The translations under genes and the position numbers were made by a program. Source: Candidatus Parcubacteria bacterium (GTDB taxonomy: Bacteria; Patescibacteriota; Minisyncoccia; Phycocordibacterales; CAIZLB01). From it: 64,000 nt of DNA. The stretch is taken from NCBI GenBank assembly GCA_039795775.1, contig JBDKLC010000003.1:797-64796 (forward strand), read 5' to 3'. Of the stretch, positions 27,318-36,775 are shown in pieces. The notes below the pieces were generated by a model that worked only from the letters and a program-made list of their open reading frames with translations, had not been told where the DNA came from and did not search any database. How positions within the stretch are numbered: the first letter of the stretch is position 1; each line of letters starts with the position of its first letter.

Positions 27318-28325
27318 CTATTCTTTTTTTGGCTCACTTTTGGCCTCCTCTTCTACAGGCTTCTCGGGCTTTTCATCAATAGAATCAACCTTTAATATGG
27401 ACTTCGACCCCTCGTGCATTTGAAAGCTTAAATCAGGGTATGACTGCTCGATCTCGTTTTCTTTCAAAGTCGACATGTACTCCAGAATCTTGTAACCCCC
27501 TAGGACTTCTTTGGGATCTTTGTGCATAAACCAAGGTTCTGAATGATACCAATCCTTACCGTCTTTTTGGAATTTAACTAACGGCCATTTCGTCACCTCT
27601 TTAGGAGGTAGGATGCCTTCATGGTCTTCTATGAGGAATAACTGATAGTGAATACGGTCTGAAGGACCTTTGATGATTCGTGGCTTTAAGAGACCTTCTT
27701 TTACAAATCTCCTGACCGCATTCGGCTTCATAAAGAAACTACTTTCAAAATCATGCACGGAGTACCAGCTCTCATGGTCACTTGCCACTGACGGTGGAAT
27801 TACTTTTTTATCCAACGCATCCTGACAAATTAAACATTTGATACCGTTCTCGTCATACCATGTCTGTTCATCGGAGACAGAGTTGTGACAGACACAGCAA
27901 GTATATCCTTTGCCTTCTAGATGAAAGCCTTTCGGATTTTCTTCTAATTTTTTCTTCCGCCCTAAATCTGTTATAGCAAAATCATACATAAGCTTGGCAT
28001 AGTTCGTAAGCCAAAGATCTGCCTCAAAGAGTTCATGATCAGTGATTTCTCGTCCTCGTTCTTTTTCTAATAACTTTCTTAACTCTTCTTTGCGGTCTTC
28101 TTTTTTCTTTTCAGCCTTTGCCTGACTTTGGATGTTACGACGAGGTTGTTGAATAGGAGGTGGTACGTATTCTGGTTCTTTGTAGATTGGTTGCGTCGGT
28201 CTCGGTTCTACTCTGGGAGATGGTCTTTCTATTTCCGAAACACTAGCACGCTTAATTGCCTTACCGCAATTTCCGCAGAAGTTATCTTCTGAATTAGTTT
28301 TGTTTCCGCAATTCGTGCAAAACAT
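27318..28325 (-). CDS. hypothetical zinc-ribbon protein (N-terminal CxxC-x-CxxC, internal CCVCH...CLICQ cluster, Lys/Glu-rich tail)
   Basis: Cys motifs only; no family assignment. Confidence 0.4.
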   Translation of the reverse strand: MFCTNCGNKTNSEDNFCGNCGKAIKRASVSEIERPSPRVEPRPTQPIYKEPEYVPPPIQQPRRNIQSQAKAEKKKEDRKEELRKLLEKERGREITDHELFEADLWLTNYAKLMYDFAITDLGRKKKLEENPKGFHLEGKGYTCCVCHNSVSDEQTWYDENGIKCLICQDALDKKVIPPSVASDHESWYSVHDFESSFFMKPNAVRRFVKEGLLKPRIIKGPSDRIHYQLFLIEDHEGILPPKEVTKWPLVKFQKDGKDWYHSEPWFMHKDPKEVLGGYKILEYMSTLKENEIEQSYPDLSFQMHEGSKSILKVDSIDEKPEKPVEEEAKSEPKKE

Positions 28326-28697
28326 ATTACATATTTTACCAATTATTTTTTCTTAAAACACTACAAATCGGACAAAAATTCATAGTACTCAAAATCCAGT
28401 TGCGCCGGGGAAACATTTAGTTATCCACATAAAAATCGATTATATACTCTGTTGCGAAAAACTGAGGTTGCTACAATGTATTCATAACTAGCGGTTTGAG
28501 GTGATTACGAAAATCCTCATTCTAAACAGTGACAGTTTCCTTGTTGCACACGGCAGACAAGAACATAATCACTGACCCATTCGCTCGAGGGTTCTAAATT
28601 TTAAAACGAATAAGCGATCTCTACTCTGGGGATTGCGAACATAAATTATTTGAATCCGTGAACAGAGAAATTATTAAAGTAATTTCTAATTTTTGCT

Positions 28698-30074
28698 ATG
28701 CAAACAAATACAGGTGGCTCAACGCGTTCACATGAACGTGACCTTAAAATTGAGTATGTCCCTTTATCAACCCTATCTTCTCCCGACTATAACCCTCGGA
28801 CATGGAGCAAGGAAACGACTGAGCAACTCAAAGAAAGTATCAACAGATACGGAGTCGTTGATCCTCTGCTTGTTAACTCCGCAGAGAATCGTAAAGGCAT
28901 TGTTATCGGAGGAAACTTCAGACTTTCAGTTCTCAAGGAATTGAATTTTGAAACCGTGCCAGTTGTCTACATAAATATTCCTGATCTCAAGAAAGAAAAG
29001 GAATTGTGTATTCGACTCAACAAGAACCAAGGCGAATGGGATCTTGAACTTCTTTCAAAGTTTGATGAGGCAATACTGAAAGATATAGGTTTCAATTCAG
29101 AATCGCTTGATGATATTTTCGAGGAAGATGACAAAGAAGAACAATTCGACTTACAGAAAGAACTCGACAAATTAAATATCGAAAGTATCAGTGTTCAGAA
29201 GGGTGATGTCTACGACCTCGACGGTTCTCGCCTCATGTGCGGAGACTCAACTATAGAATCCGACATGATGAAGCTATGCGGAGAAGAAAAGGTAGATATG
29301 GTAATGACTGATCCTCCGTATATACTCGACTATCTTCATGGAAAGACTAAACACGGTGAAGCCACTACTGGTTTCGGTGCAAAGAAGAATCGAAGGTACT
29401 TGGAGACTGAAAGTTTGCCTGACAATTTCACTGAGTTATGGATGAACAACGTGAAGAAAGTACAGGCAGAAAACTTCTCAATCATCTGTTATGAGAACTG
29501 GAAGAACATTCGTACCATTTGGGGCGAAATGGAAAAGCATTGGAAAGTTCGCAATATGATCGTCTGGCATCTTCCAAACAGAAACCAAGGGTATGCAGGA
29601 AAGCACAAGTTCTTCTCAAAACATGACATTGCAATGGTTGGCACAAGTGAAAATCATGAAGGAGTCGATCCTGAAGCGGAGGCTGATCCATTGCTTGAGA
29701 ACGAATACCAGACTGCGCTATTCGCTATCAACAAGAGTCCTCATTGGGAATCATATGGTAAAGGTAAGAAATATTGCCCGACCGACTTCATTGACTACAA
29801 TGCAGCCGACGAGAAGTCTTCTGGCCAAGGAATCATATTCGGAACTAAGCCAACAGAAATATTAGTTCCGTACATAAAGGTATTAACTAGACGAGATCAA
29901 ACAGTACTTGAACCATTCTGCGGAAGCGGGAGTACATTGATTGCAAGTACAAAATTGAAAAGACGATGCTTCATCATGGAAAAATCACCAGTCTATGCGG
30001 AGGTCGCGCTTAATCGCTGGGAAAAGTTTACCGGCAAGAAAAGAGTAAAAATCAATGTACAGCCGACATGTTAA
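28698..30074 (+). CDS. ParB-like nuclease domain fused to a beta-class DNA (N6-adenine/N4-cytosine) methyltransferase; orphan MTase typical of phages and plasmids
   Basis: N-terminal ParB/Srx-like region, motif IV TDPPY preceding motif I EPFCGSGST (beta-class order). Confidence 0.7.
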   Translation: MQTNTGGSTRSHERDLKIEYVPLSTLSSPDYNPRTWSKETTEQLKESINRYGVVDPLLVNSAENRKGIVIGGNFRLSVLKELNFETVPVVYINIPDLKKEKELCIRLNKNQGEWDLELLSKFDEAILKDIGFNSESLDDIFEEDDKEEQFDLQKELDKLNIESISVQKGDVYDLDGSRLMCGDSTIESDMMKLCGEEKVDMVMTDPPYILDYLHGKTKHGEATTGFGAKKNRRYLETESLPDNFTELWMNNVKKVQAENFSIICYENWKNIRTIWGEMEKHWKVRNMIVWHLPNRNQGYAGKHKFFSKHDIAMVGTSENHEGVDPEAEADPLLENEYQTALFAINKSPHWESYGKGKKYCPTDFIDYNAADEKSSGQGIIFGTKPTEILVPYIKVLTRRDQTVLEPFCGSGSTLIASTKLKRRCFIMEKSPVYAEVALNRWEKFTGKKRVKINVQPTC

Positions 30075-30663
30075 AAAAGAAATTGTTGCAGCACTTACCG
30101 AGACTCCCTTCATCTATAGAGTATGTAAAAAATTCGGAGTAGCCAGATCAACATTTTACAAATGGCTCAAGGATGACAAGAATTTTTCGAGTGATGTAGT
30201 GATAGCACTTCGAGAAGGAAAAAGAAGTATGAATGAGCTTGCACTATCAAGTCTTGTTAAGCGAGTGAGCGATGGTCACTTTCCAGCAATACGATATTTC
30301 CTTCAGCATAACCATGGTGACTATAGACCACCTGAAAAGGTAAACTCAGTAGCTATGTGGAATGCTCGTATGAGCGCTCTGAGGAAAAAGAAAGAAGAAG
30401 CTCCGTATGAGACATGGAATCCTGAATCTAAATTCCACGATAGTCTTAGTACTAAGCAAGAGATTATGCTCGAGTTACTATTGGAATACAATAGTGTTGA
30501 AGAAGTCAGTATCGATATACGTTCTGAATATTTCGCCAAAGTACTTGAAGATGAGTTCAAAAGTATTACTGAGGCTGAACAATATCTAAAACAAGCGATA
30601 CAACTTGAGAAGGAGTCAGCGAAGCCTTCAGAATCGGCTGATGCAAACCAAACTTCTGGCTAG
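30055..30663 (+). CDS. HTH-domain protein (phage small-terminase-like / transposase-like HTH)
   Basis: GVARSTFYKWL helix-turn-helix. Overlaps the upstream MTase by 20 nt, suggesting coupled translation. Confidence 0.35.
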   Translation: MYSRHVKKEIVAALTETPFIYRVCKKFGVARSTFYKWLKDDKNFSSDVVIALREGKRSMNELALSSLVKRVSDGHFPAIRYFLQHNHGDYRPPEKVNSVAMWNARMSALRKKKEEAPYETWNPESKFHDSLSTKQEIMLELLLEYNSVEEVSIDIRSEYFAKVLEDEFKSITEAEQYLKQAIQLEKESAKPSESADANQTSG

Positions 30664-30940
30664 CGTCTTTTACTTCTGCATCTATTGAATTAGAAAGAAA
30701 AACAAATGGAATATTCTTCGTGCGGTTATCCACCTTGATGGCCTTGAGTAGATCAAGGCCATTTGGCGTTGGTCGAATGACGTCAGAGATTATGAGGTCA
30801 GGTTTTATGATGTCGATTTGAGAAACAAAATCTTTCTCAAGTACATCAAGTGACACAACCTCGAATCCTGATTCCTTGAATACTTTTCCGTAGAGATCGA
30901 GTAGAAACTTGTCGTCATCTATATGAAGTATTTTCTTCAT
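30566..30940 (-). CDS. stand-alone response-regulator receiver (CheY-like) domain protein
   Basis: DDD acidic pocket (HIDDDKF), conserved T/S and K positions. Confidence 0.5.
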   Translation of the reverse strand: MKKILHIDDDKFLLDLYGKVFKESGFEVVSLDVLEKDFVSQIDIIKPDLIISDVIRPTPNGLDLLKAIKVDNRTKNIPFVFLSNSIDAEVKDASQKFGLHQPILKASLTPSQVVSLVLDIVQPQ

Positions 30941-30941
30941 A

Positions 30942-31322
30942 TTATTTAAACAAGATTAATAAGAGAATAATCGCGATGATTGTAAGTAATCCCGCAACTG
31001 CTCCAAGCTGTGCGAATGCAAAATATATTGCACCAACTCCAATGAGGAAGAGGAGTAGTCCAACGATCTTACTTCTTCGAGCTTCGAGGAGGGCTTTTAG
31101 TGTTCCTAAAATGAGCGCGCCTACAATTACAATTCCTGCGAGTAGTATTATTGCTCCAATTCCAGAAAACATTCCTGAAAGGATATTTTCTGGAATATTA
31201 ATAAATCCATAGTAACCAATTGTGCCAATAAGTATTCCGATTATTGGTATGGTTATTAAAAGTACAATAGAACCATAAGCTCCACTTAGAGCTTTGGTCA
31301 GCACTGTTTTTATTTTATTCAT
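30942..31322 (-). CDS. hypothetical integral membrane protein (start taken at MNKIK)
   Basis: Four TM helices, adjacent to the receiver gene. Confidence 0.35.
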   Translation of the reverse strand: MNKIKTVLTKALSGAYGSIVLLITIPIIGILIGTIGYYGFINIPENILSGMFSGIGAIILLAGIVIVGALILGTLKALLEARRSKIVGLLLFLIGVGAIYFAFAQLGAVAGLLTIIAIILLLILFK

Positions 31323-31615
31323 GTTTTTGCGGTTTTTTAACCCGACATAGGATTTTTTTCCATACAAAAATCCCTTAGCCAGGACGATGGTATTACCCAC
31401 CCACACCAGTTTCCCGATGTGACCGCAAAAGTGACCCTAGACTAAGGGGTTTTTATACTTTTGCGGTGTTTATGACCATATCCTAGAAAACCAAGGGTCT
31501 TTTAGGGGTTAGGTCGCTTATTAAGTTGTAAATGAATTGTAGCAGATTTTCCGCTACTTTTGTACCTTAGCTTAGATATGGAGGCTTGCGAAGGGGTGGT
31601 TACCAACAACTCAAT

Positions 31616-32344
31616 TTAGCAGACTGTTGATCCAATTGTCTCAAGCTTCTCCTTAACTTTCTCCCATTTAGGAAACTTCTTGTCGAGAAAATCATAGAAC
31701 CGTTTATCATGGTTCTTATACTTCATGTGACAGAGTTCGTGTACGATAACATAATCAATACAGTCCTTTGAGGTATGAATAAGCCTAGGATTGAGGAATA
31801 TCTTATCCTGATTTAAGAAACTGCCCCAACGTTTCTTCATTTCTCTAACGGAAAGTTTCGGTGTGTTCTTGAAGTCAAAGAGTGAAAGCATTTCAGTGAA
31901 TCTGTCTTGGAGAATTAGGTTTGTCTTTTCTGCAAACCAGCTATCAACGAGTTTTTTGTTGTACTTGCTGTCTGTCACGGACTTAGTTGTAGATACAATC
32001 AACTGACCTCTAGTGAGAGAAACAGAATCTTCTTTACCTTTACGAACAATTAGTTTGTACTGTCTTCCGAGGTACAAATATCCCTCTCCCGAGATGTATT
32101 CTTTCTCATAAGTCTTTCGTTGATATTTTTTGAAGAATGAAAGTTGCTTCTCTAGCCAGAACCATTTCTTCTGGAGAAAGGTTTCGATTCTTTCGCCCTC
32201 TGCCTTGAATGGACACTTAACAATAATACGAAGATCTGGGGTGACAGTGAGGCTCAGGGTTTTACGATCTTGTTTTATAAGTTGGTATTCATATATGAAT
32301 GTTCCAAAAATGAATTCCTTCATATAATTATAAGAATAGATCAA
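31616..32344 (-). CDS. DUF45/YgjP-like (M48-related) metal-dependent hydrolase, a family frequently linked to hsdR
   Basis: HELCH zinc-binding HExxH motif, overlaps the hsdR stop. Confidence 0.6.
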   Translation of the reverse strand: MIYSYNYMKEFIFGTFIYEYQLIKQDRKTLSLTVTPDLRIIVKCPFKAEGERIETFLQKKWFWLEKQLSFFKKYQRKTYEKEYISGEGYLYLGRQYKLIVRKGKEDSVSLTRGQLIVSTTKSVTDSKYNKKLVDSWFAEKTNLILQDRFTEMLSLFDFKNTPKLSVREMKKRWGSFLNQDKIFLNPRLIHTSKDCIDYVIVHELCHMKYKNHDKRFYDFLDKKFPKWEKVKEKLETIGSTVC

Positions 32345-35300
32345 AGTTATTTTCTGCTAATTGCATTGCAGTATCAATAACGACCTTGATGTGATCATTA
32401 TCAATATTGATGCCTTTCTCGCCCTTAAACACATCGTAGAGGTAATCATCAATACTATTTCGCATCTTACGCTTCACATCCATGTTCTTGTACCAGTCTA
32501 CAATTGCCTCATTCTTAATGATCGTGAAGATATCAAGAATGGTGGCAATATAAACATCTTCACTGAGATTCAAATTTGCAAGCTCAGATCGCAAGTTACG
32601 ATAGAACACGTCTGATCCTTTCTGCGATTCAATTTTTTCTGGAAGACTCTCGTCTTTCTTGTTTACCACATCATCACTAATAAGCTTCATTTGTTTCAGA
32701 GCTTCAACATCAGCAAGTTTTCCTTGTCTCATTTTCTCAAGAATGTTAGAAATCTTCTTAGAGAATTTCTCATAGAATTCAGGGTCAGTATCCATTTTTT
32801 CTGTGATAGTCCTTTCAGTCTGTGCAGCGATTGCCTCAGCCTTTGATTTGTCAGAACCGAGTTCTGCTACAGCTTCTTCAAACTGCTTTCGATCAGTAAT
32901 GTTTACTTGCTTTGTGAGCAACTCAACACCACGAGCATCCACATACTTATCAAGGATATTGATAAGTGATTGTTTGTATTCAAGAAGATCAACACGGTCG
33001 GCATACTTCAAGCTCGCAGACTTACGAAGTTCCATAAACTTTTTAAGTTCACGTTTATAGAGATCAAGGTGCTTGAATTCATGAACGAAGTCCTGCAACA
33101 CAAAGCATTCGTTCAGGTTCTTGATGAACTCATTAAGTGTCTTGTAGAAAGTCTCACGCTTTGGCTGATCAGAAAGGAATTGGAGGTACACCTCATCATC
33201 GTTCGATCCTTTGATCTCATTAAACAAATCGTGGACAGTTCCATAGCTTTGTTCGAGATCTTGTATCTTTTCTGACACATCAATAAGAGTTCCTTTAATA
33301 TCGTTCTCATCATAGTTACCGAAAAGCTTCATAGCTGTATCAATGTTTTTAGCGTTCTCTGAGTAGTCCATGATATAGCCCGCAGTCTTTGGTTTTTCCT
33401 TTTTGTTTTCGTAAAGACGGTTTACACGAGCGATAGCCTGAAGTAGGTTATGATCTCTCAAGTCTTTAGCGAGATAGAGTACTGTGTTACGAGGTGCATC
33501 AAAGCCAGTGAGTAGCTTGTCTACCACGATGATCATCTCGATACCGTCATCGTTGTGCTTAAAGCTATCAACAACATCTTTTTCATATTTCTCAACACTA
33601 CTGTGATTTTTTCGAACACCCTCTAGGTATCCGACCACTTCTTTTTTGTGAAGATTTTCTTCATCACCGTCTTCATGCTCGTCGGAAATAATTACAGCAG
33701 TACGAACGTTTCCACGAGTCTCAAAGAACTTCTGGAAAAGAATTGCTGAATATTTAGATGGAGCAACAATTTGCGCCTTAAGCCCTGTGTATTGGAAGTT
33801 GTCGATAAAGTGCTTCTCTATATCATAAGCAATCTCAACAATACGCTGAGGATTGTCTTTAATTATCTTACTTCCAACGTATCGCTGTAGTTCCTTCTTC
33901 TGCTTATCATTGAGTCCTTCAGTGATTCGTTCAACATGGCGGTCAATCTGTTCCGCATTCTGAATAAGATCAACATAACGACCTTCGTAGATAAGGGGAA
34001 GAATAATCTTATCAGCTAAAGCATCATCAATCGTATACTTGTCGATATAGTCACCGAACTTCTTCCAACTCTCTCGGTCTTTCTTCATGAGAGGGGTACC
34101 AGTAAATCCGATGTAGCATGCATTTGGGATGATTCGATTCATCTCAAAGTTAGCCATACCGTTTTGACTTCGGTGCGCCTCGTCGATAAGGACAAAGATG
34201 TTTTTATCATCATCAATAAATCCTGTACTCTTTTTTGCAGCTGATTCAAACTTCTGAACAAGTGTAGTGATAACAGACAAATCTTTCTCCTTAATAAGAT
34301 CAATCAGGTGCTGACCACTTGTAGCCTGAATGACTTCCTTTTTGAGGTTACAGTTTTTGAATGTATCTTTAATTTGCTTGTCCAAATCCTTACGATCAGT
34401 AACGATGATCACACGAGGGTTGAGAATATGAGGATCTTCAATAAGGGTCTTCACAAACATCACCATGGTAAGCGATTTACCAGATCCTTGAGTGTGCCAA
34501 ACAAGCCCACCTTTTCGTCGAGTAATACCGTGATCAGTTACTTCTTCCTCTTCTACGCGCTTGAGCATCTTATGTATAGCAAAATACTGTTGGTATCGTG
34601 AAAGCTTCTTTACTCCTGCATCAAAGAGAATGTAATTCTTTGTTAGGTCTAAAAGTCTTTTTGGTTCGAATAAGAACATAACCCCACAATCCTGTTCGGT
34701 AGGAAGTCTGTCTGTTCTTTGTTTATGACCGTCAGTATATCCGTTCAAATCTTCAAGTACTTGAGTATATATTTCAGTATCAATTTTTTTATGAATAAGA
34801 CCTAATAGCTTTTCGCTAAGTATTTCCTGATCTGATCCTTTTTCTTTCCATACTGCATAGAACTTGTTAGGTGTACCAGTAGTTCCATACTGCAATTCTT
34901 TTCCATTAGTACCAACAAGAAGTTGAGTGTAAGTAAAAAGTTTAGGACAGAATTCAGGGCCCTGATTACGATTCATTTGATTGATAGCTTCCTTTACATC
35001 TACACTAGACTTTTTGTTCTCAATCACCGCAAAAGGGATACCGTTTACGAAGACTACGATATCGGGACGGACATTTTGTTTACCACTTGCTACAAATTCT
35101 ACAGAGACATGGAATGAGTTATTTTCTGGGTTCTCGAAGTCTATGAACTTAAAGTTCTTTGATACTTTCTTGCCCCCGTGATTTACTTTGATTGTCTTAC
35201 CTCCACTCGTTGGCATGATAGTGTTGTAGATCTTTTGTGCAGTATCTATAAGCCCTTCATACTGAATATGCTCAAGTTCATCGATGGCGTCTCGCACATC

Positions 35301-35522
35301 TTTCTCGCTGAATTTATATTCAACACCATCAACTTCGTATCCGTTGATTTCCATGAGCTTCTCCGCAGCAATGTCAGCGAGGATGAAGTTTGAAGTGTCA
35401 CCACGTTGTCGCAGTGCTTCAGCAACAGAAACATACTTGTAACCCATGTTCAACAGAAGCTCTACAAATGGGAGCTGTGACTGTCTGGCTTCATCGAAAT
35501 TTACGTTTATGAGTGATGACAT
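32328..35522 (-). CDS. hsdR: Type I restriction enzyme R subunit
   Basis: SF2 helicase motifs TQGSGKSLT (Walker A), DEAH (FVLIDEAHRSQ), 1064 aa. Confidence 0.92.
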   Translation of the reverse strand: MSSLINVNFDEARQSQLPFVELLLNMGYKYVSVAEALRQRGDTSNFILADIAAEKLMEINGYEVDGVEYKFSEKDVRDAIDELEHIQYEGLIDTAQKIYNTIMPTSGGKTIKVNHGGKKVSKNFKFIDFENPENNSFHVSVEFVASGKQNVRPDIVVFVNGIPFAVIENKKSSVDVKEAINQMNRNQGPEFCPKLFTYTQLLVGTNGKELQYGTTGTPNKFYAVWKEKGSDQEILSEKLLGLIHKKIDTEIYTQVLEDLNGYTDGHKQRTDRLPTEQDCGVMFLFEPKRLLDLTKNYILFDAGVKKLSRYQQYFAIHKMLKRVEEEEVTDHGITRRKGGLVWHTQGSGKSLTMVMFVKTLIEDPHILNPRVIIVTDRKDLDKQIKDTFKNCNLKKEVIQATSGQHLIDLIKEKDLSVITTLVQKFESAAKKSTGFIDDDKNIFVLIDEAHRSQNGMANFEMNRIIPNACYIGFTGTPLMKKDRESWKKFGDYIDKYTIDDALADKIILPLIYEGRYVDLIQNAEQIDRHVERITEGLNDKQKKELQRYVGSKIIKDNPQRIVEIAYDIEKHFIDNFQYTGLKAQIVAPSKYSAILFQKFFETRGNVRTAVIISDEHEDGDEENLHKKEVVGYLEGVRKNHSSVEKYEKDVVDSFKHNDDGIEMIIVVDKLLTGFDAPRNTVLYLAKDLRDHNLLQAIARVNRLYENKKEKPKTAGYIMDYSENAKNIDTAMKLFGNYDENDIKGTLIDVSEKIQDLEQSYGTVHDLFNEIKGSNDDEVYLQFLSDQPKRETFYKTLNEFIKNLNECFVLQDFVHEFKHLDLYKRELKKFMELRKSASLKYADRVDLLEYKQSLINILDKYVDARGVELLTKQVNITDRKQFEEAVAELGSDKSKAEAIAAQTERTITEKMDTDPEFYEKFSKKISNILEKMRQGKLADVEALKQMKLISDDVVNKKDESLPEKIESQKGSDVFYRNLRSELANLNLSEDVYIATILDIFTIIKNEAIVDWYKNMDVKRKMRNSIDDYLYDVFKGEKGINIDNDHIKVVIDTAMQLAENNFDLFL

Positions 35523-35526
35523 ATGT

Positions 35527-36774
35527 TTATTTGGTTAGTTTGGTTGATAATGTTTCTGGTGTGCGTATTTTGCCTGTAATGAGATTGTTGAGAAGGTAGC
35601 GTTTCTGTTCTTTGAAGATGGAAAGTTTCTTTTCAAGTGAATCAATCTCGTTATCTGTTGCTGTGAGAATGTTTGCAATAGCCGTTTGTTCCTTAATTTT
35701 CGGTATATGTATAACAACTTCGGAGACCGTCTCTTTTTTTAAGTTCTGCACTCCTGAACCTGCAGAGATAGAGCGAAATACGCTTTGAATTCTCGATGAG
35801 GAAAGGAGATAGTAAAGAAAGTCCTTATTGACTGATGATGAGATATCCATTAGCGCCAACCAACCGTCGTGTATACAAGCATTAATTTTCATTATGTAAG
35901 GACGACCAAAACTCATTGAATTTGAAAGAATAAAATCTCCTTCTTTTACTAATGTAGTTTTATTAAGTCCCTCCTTTTTAATCTTTTCAGTTGTCTTATA
36001 AATAAATCTGTCTCCAATTGGCACATCTCCAATTCTTAACCAATTCAGTCCGTCTTTATTTTCTGTAATATAATCCTGAATTGGTCGTGGTGATCCACCT
36101 CTTTTTATCTCGCAAATCTCACCAAGTACTTTGAATTCCCATTTATCTTCGAAACCTTTCAATCTCTTATTACCAGTGAGTAAATCTTGCATTAGGCCTT
36201 TTTTTACATTCTTCTTTACTTTTATTTTTTCAGTAATTTTTTCAATCAATTTGTCCCAAGTTTCAAGGACTGAAACAATACGATTTTGTTCAGATAGTGG
36301 AGGAAAGTTTAATTTAATCTTTTCGAAATCACCTTTTGAAACTTCAAGAAATGTACTGCCAGACCCCAATTTCATTAGAGTAGGCTTGATTGATTTAATG
36401 AAATAAAACAAATAATCCACCGTTGTATCTTTTTTTGGAATCAGATTTTTAAAACCTTGATTTGTAGAAATTGGATACGTAGAGATAGAACATTCTCCAA
36501 CCGTCGCACGAGTACAAACAATGAGACTCCCTTTTGGAAGCAATCTTGCGGAGCTATTTTTAAGACCAAGCTCTGTAATCTTCTTCTCTGTCTTTAATGT
36601 TATATATTTACCTGTTTTTGTGATTTCAGTTGGGGTTATCCAGTTTATTTCACCGTCCCAAAAATCTTTATTATTTGTATCAGGTGTGCCTCCAGACGAT
36701 ATATGTGAAACATCTGCAAGTGTAACTTGTGTCCAGCCAGATGGGATATCTTTTTGTAATTGATTATTTTTCAT
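35527..36774 (-). CDS. hsdS: Type I restriction-modification specificity subunit (two target-recognition domains)
   Basis: Two TRDs separated by a conserved helical spacer (LSEQNRIV...), with a C-terminal conserved region. Confidence 0.85.
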   Translation of the reverse strand: MKNNQLQKDIPSGWTQVTLADVSHISSGGTPDTNNKDFWDGEINWITPTEITKTGKYITLKTEKKITELGLKNSSARLLPKGSLIVCTRATVGECSISTYPISTNQGFKNLIPKKDTTVDYLFYFIKSIKPTLMKLGSGSTFLEVSKGDFEKIKLNFPPLSEQNRIVSVLETWDKLIEKITEKIKVKKNVKKGLMQDLLTGNKRLKGFEDKWEFKVLGEICEIKRGGSPRPIQDYITENKDGLNWLRIGDVPIGDRFIYKTTEKIKKEGLNKTTLVKEGDFILSNSMSFGRPYIMKINACIHDGWLALMDISSSVNKDFLYYLLSSSRIQSVFRSISAGSGVQNLKKETVSEVVIHIPKIKEQTAIANILTATDNEIDSLEKKLSIFKEQKRYLLNNLITGKIRTPETLSTKLTK

Positions 36775-36775
36775 A

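Noticed and set aside
28421-28429. Perfect DnaA box TTATCCACA in the leader of the ParB-MTase gene
   Set aside because: A single 9-mer in an AT-rich genome is not beyond chance expectation. Noted in the finding, but not called as a regulatory site.
31419-31469. 11 bp inverted repeat ACCGCAAAAGT/ACTTTTGCGGT enclosing a CCCT...AGGG hairpin with a T-run
   Set aside because: Most simply a bidirectional terminator or attenuator between the DUF45 gene and the membrane-protein operon. No evidence it is a mobile-element end.
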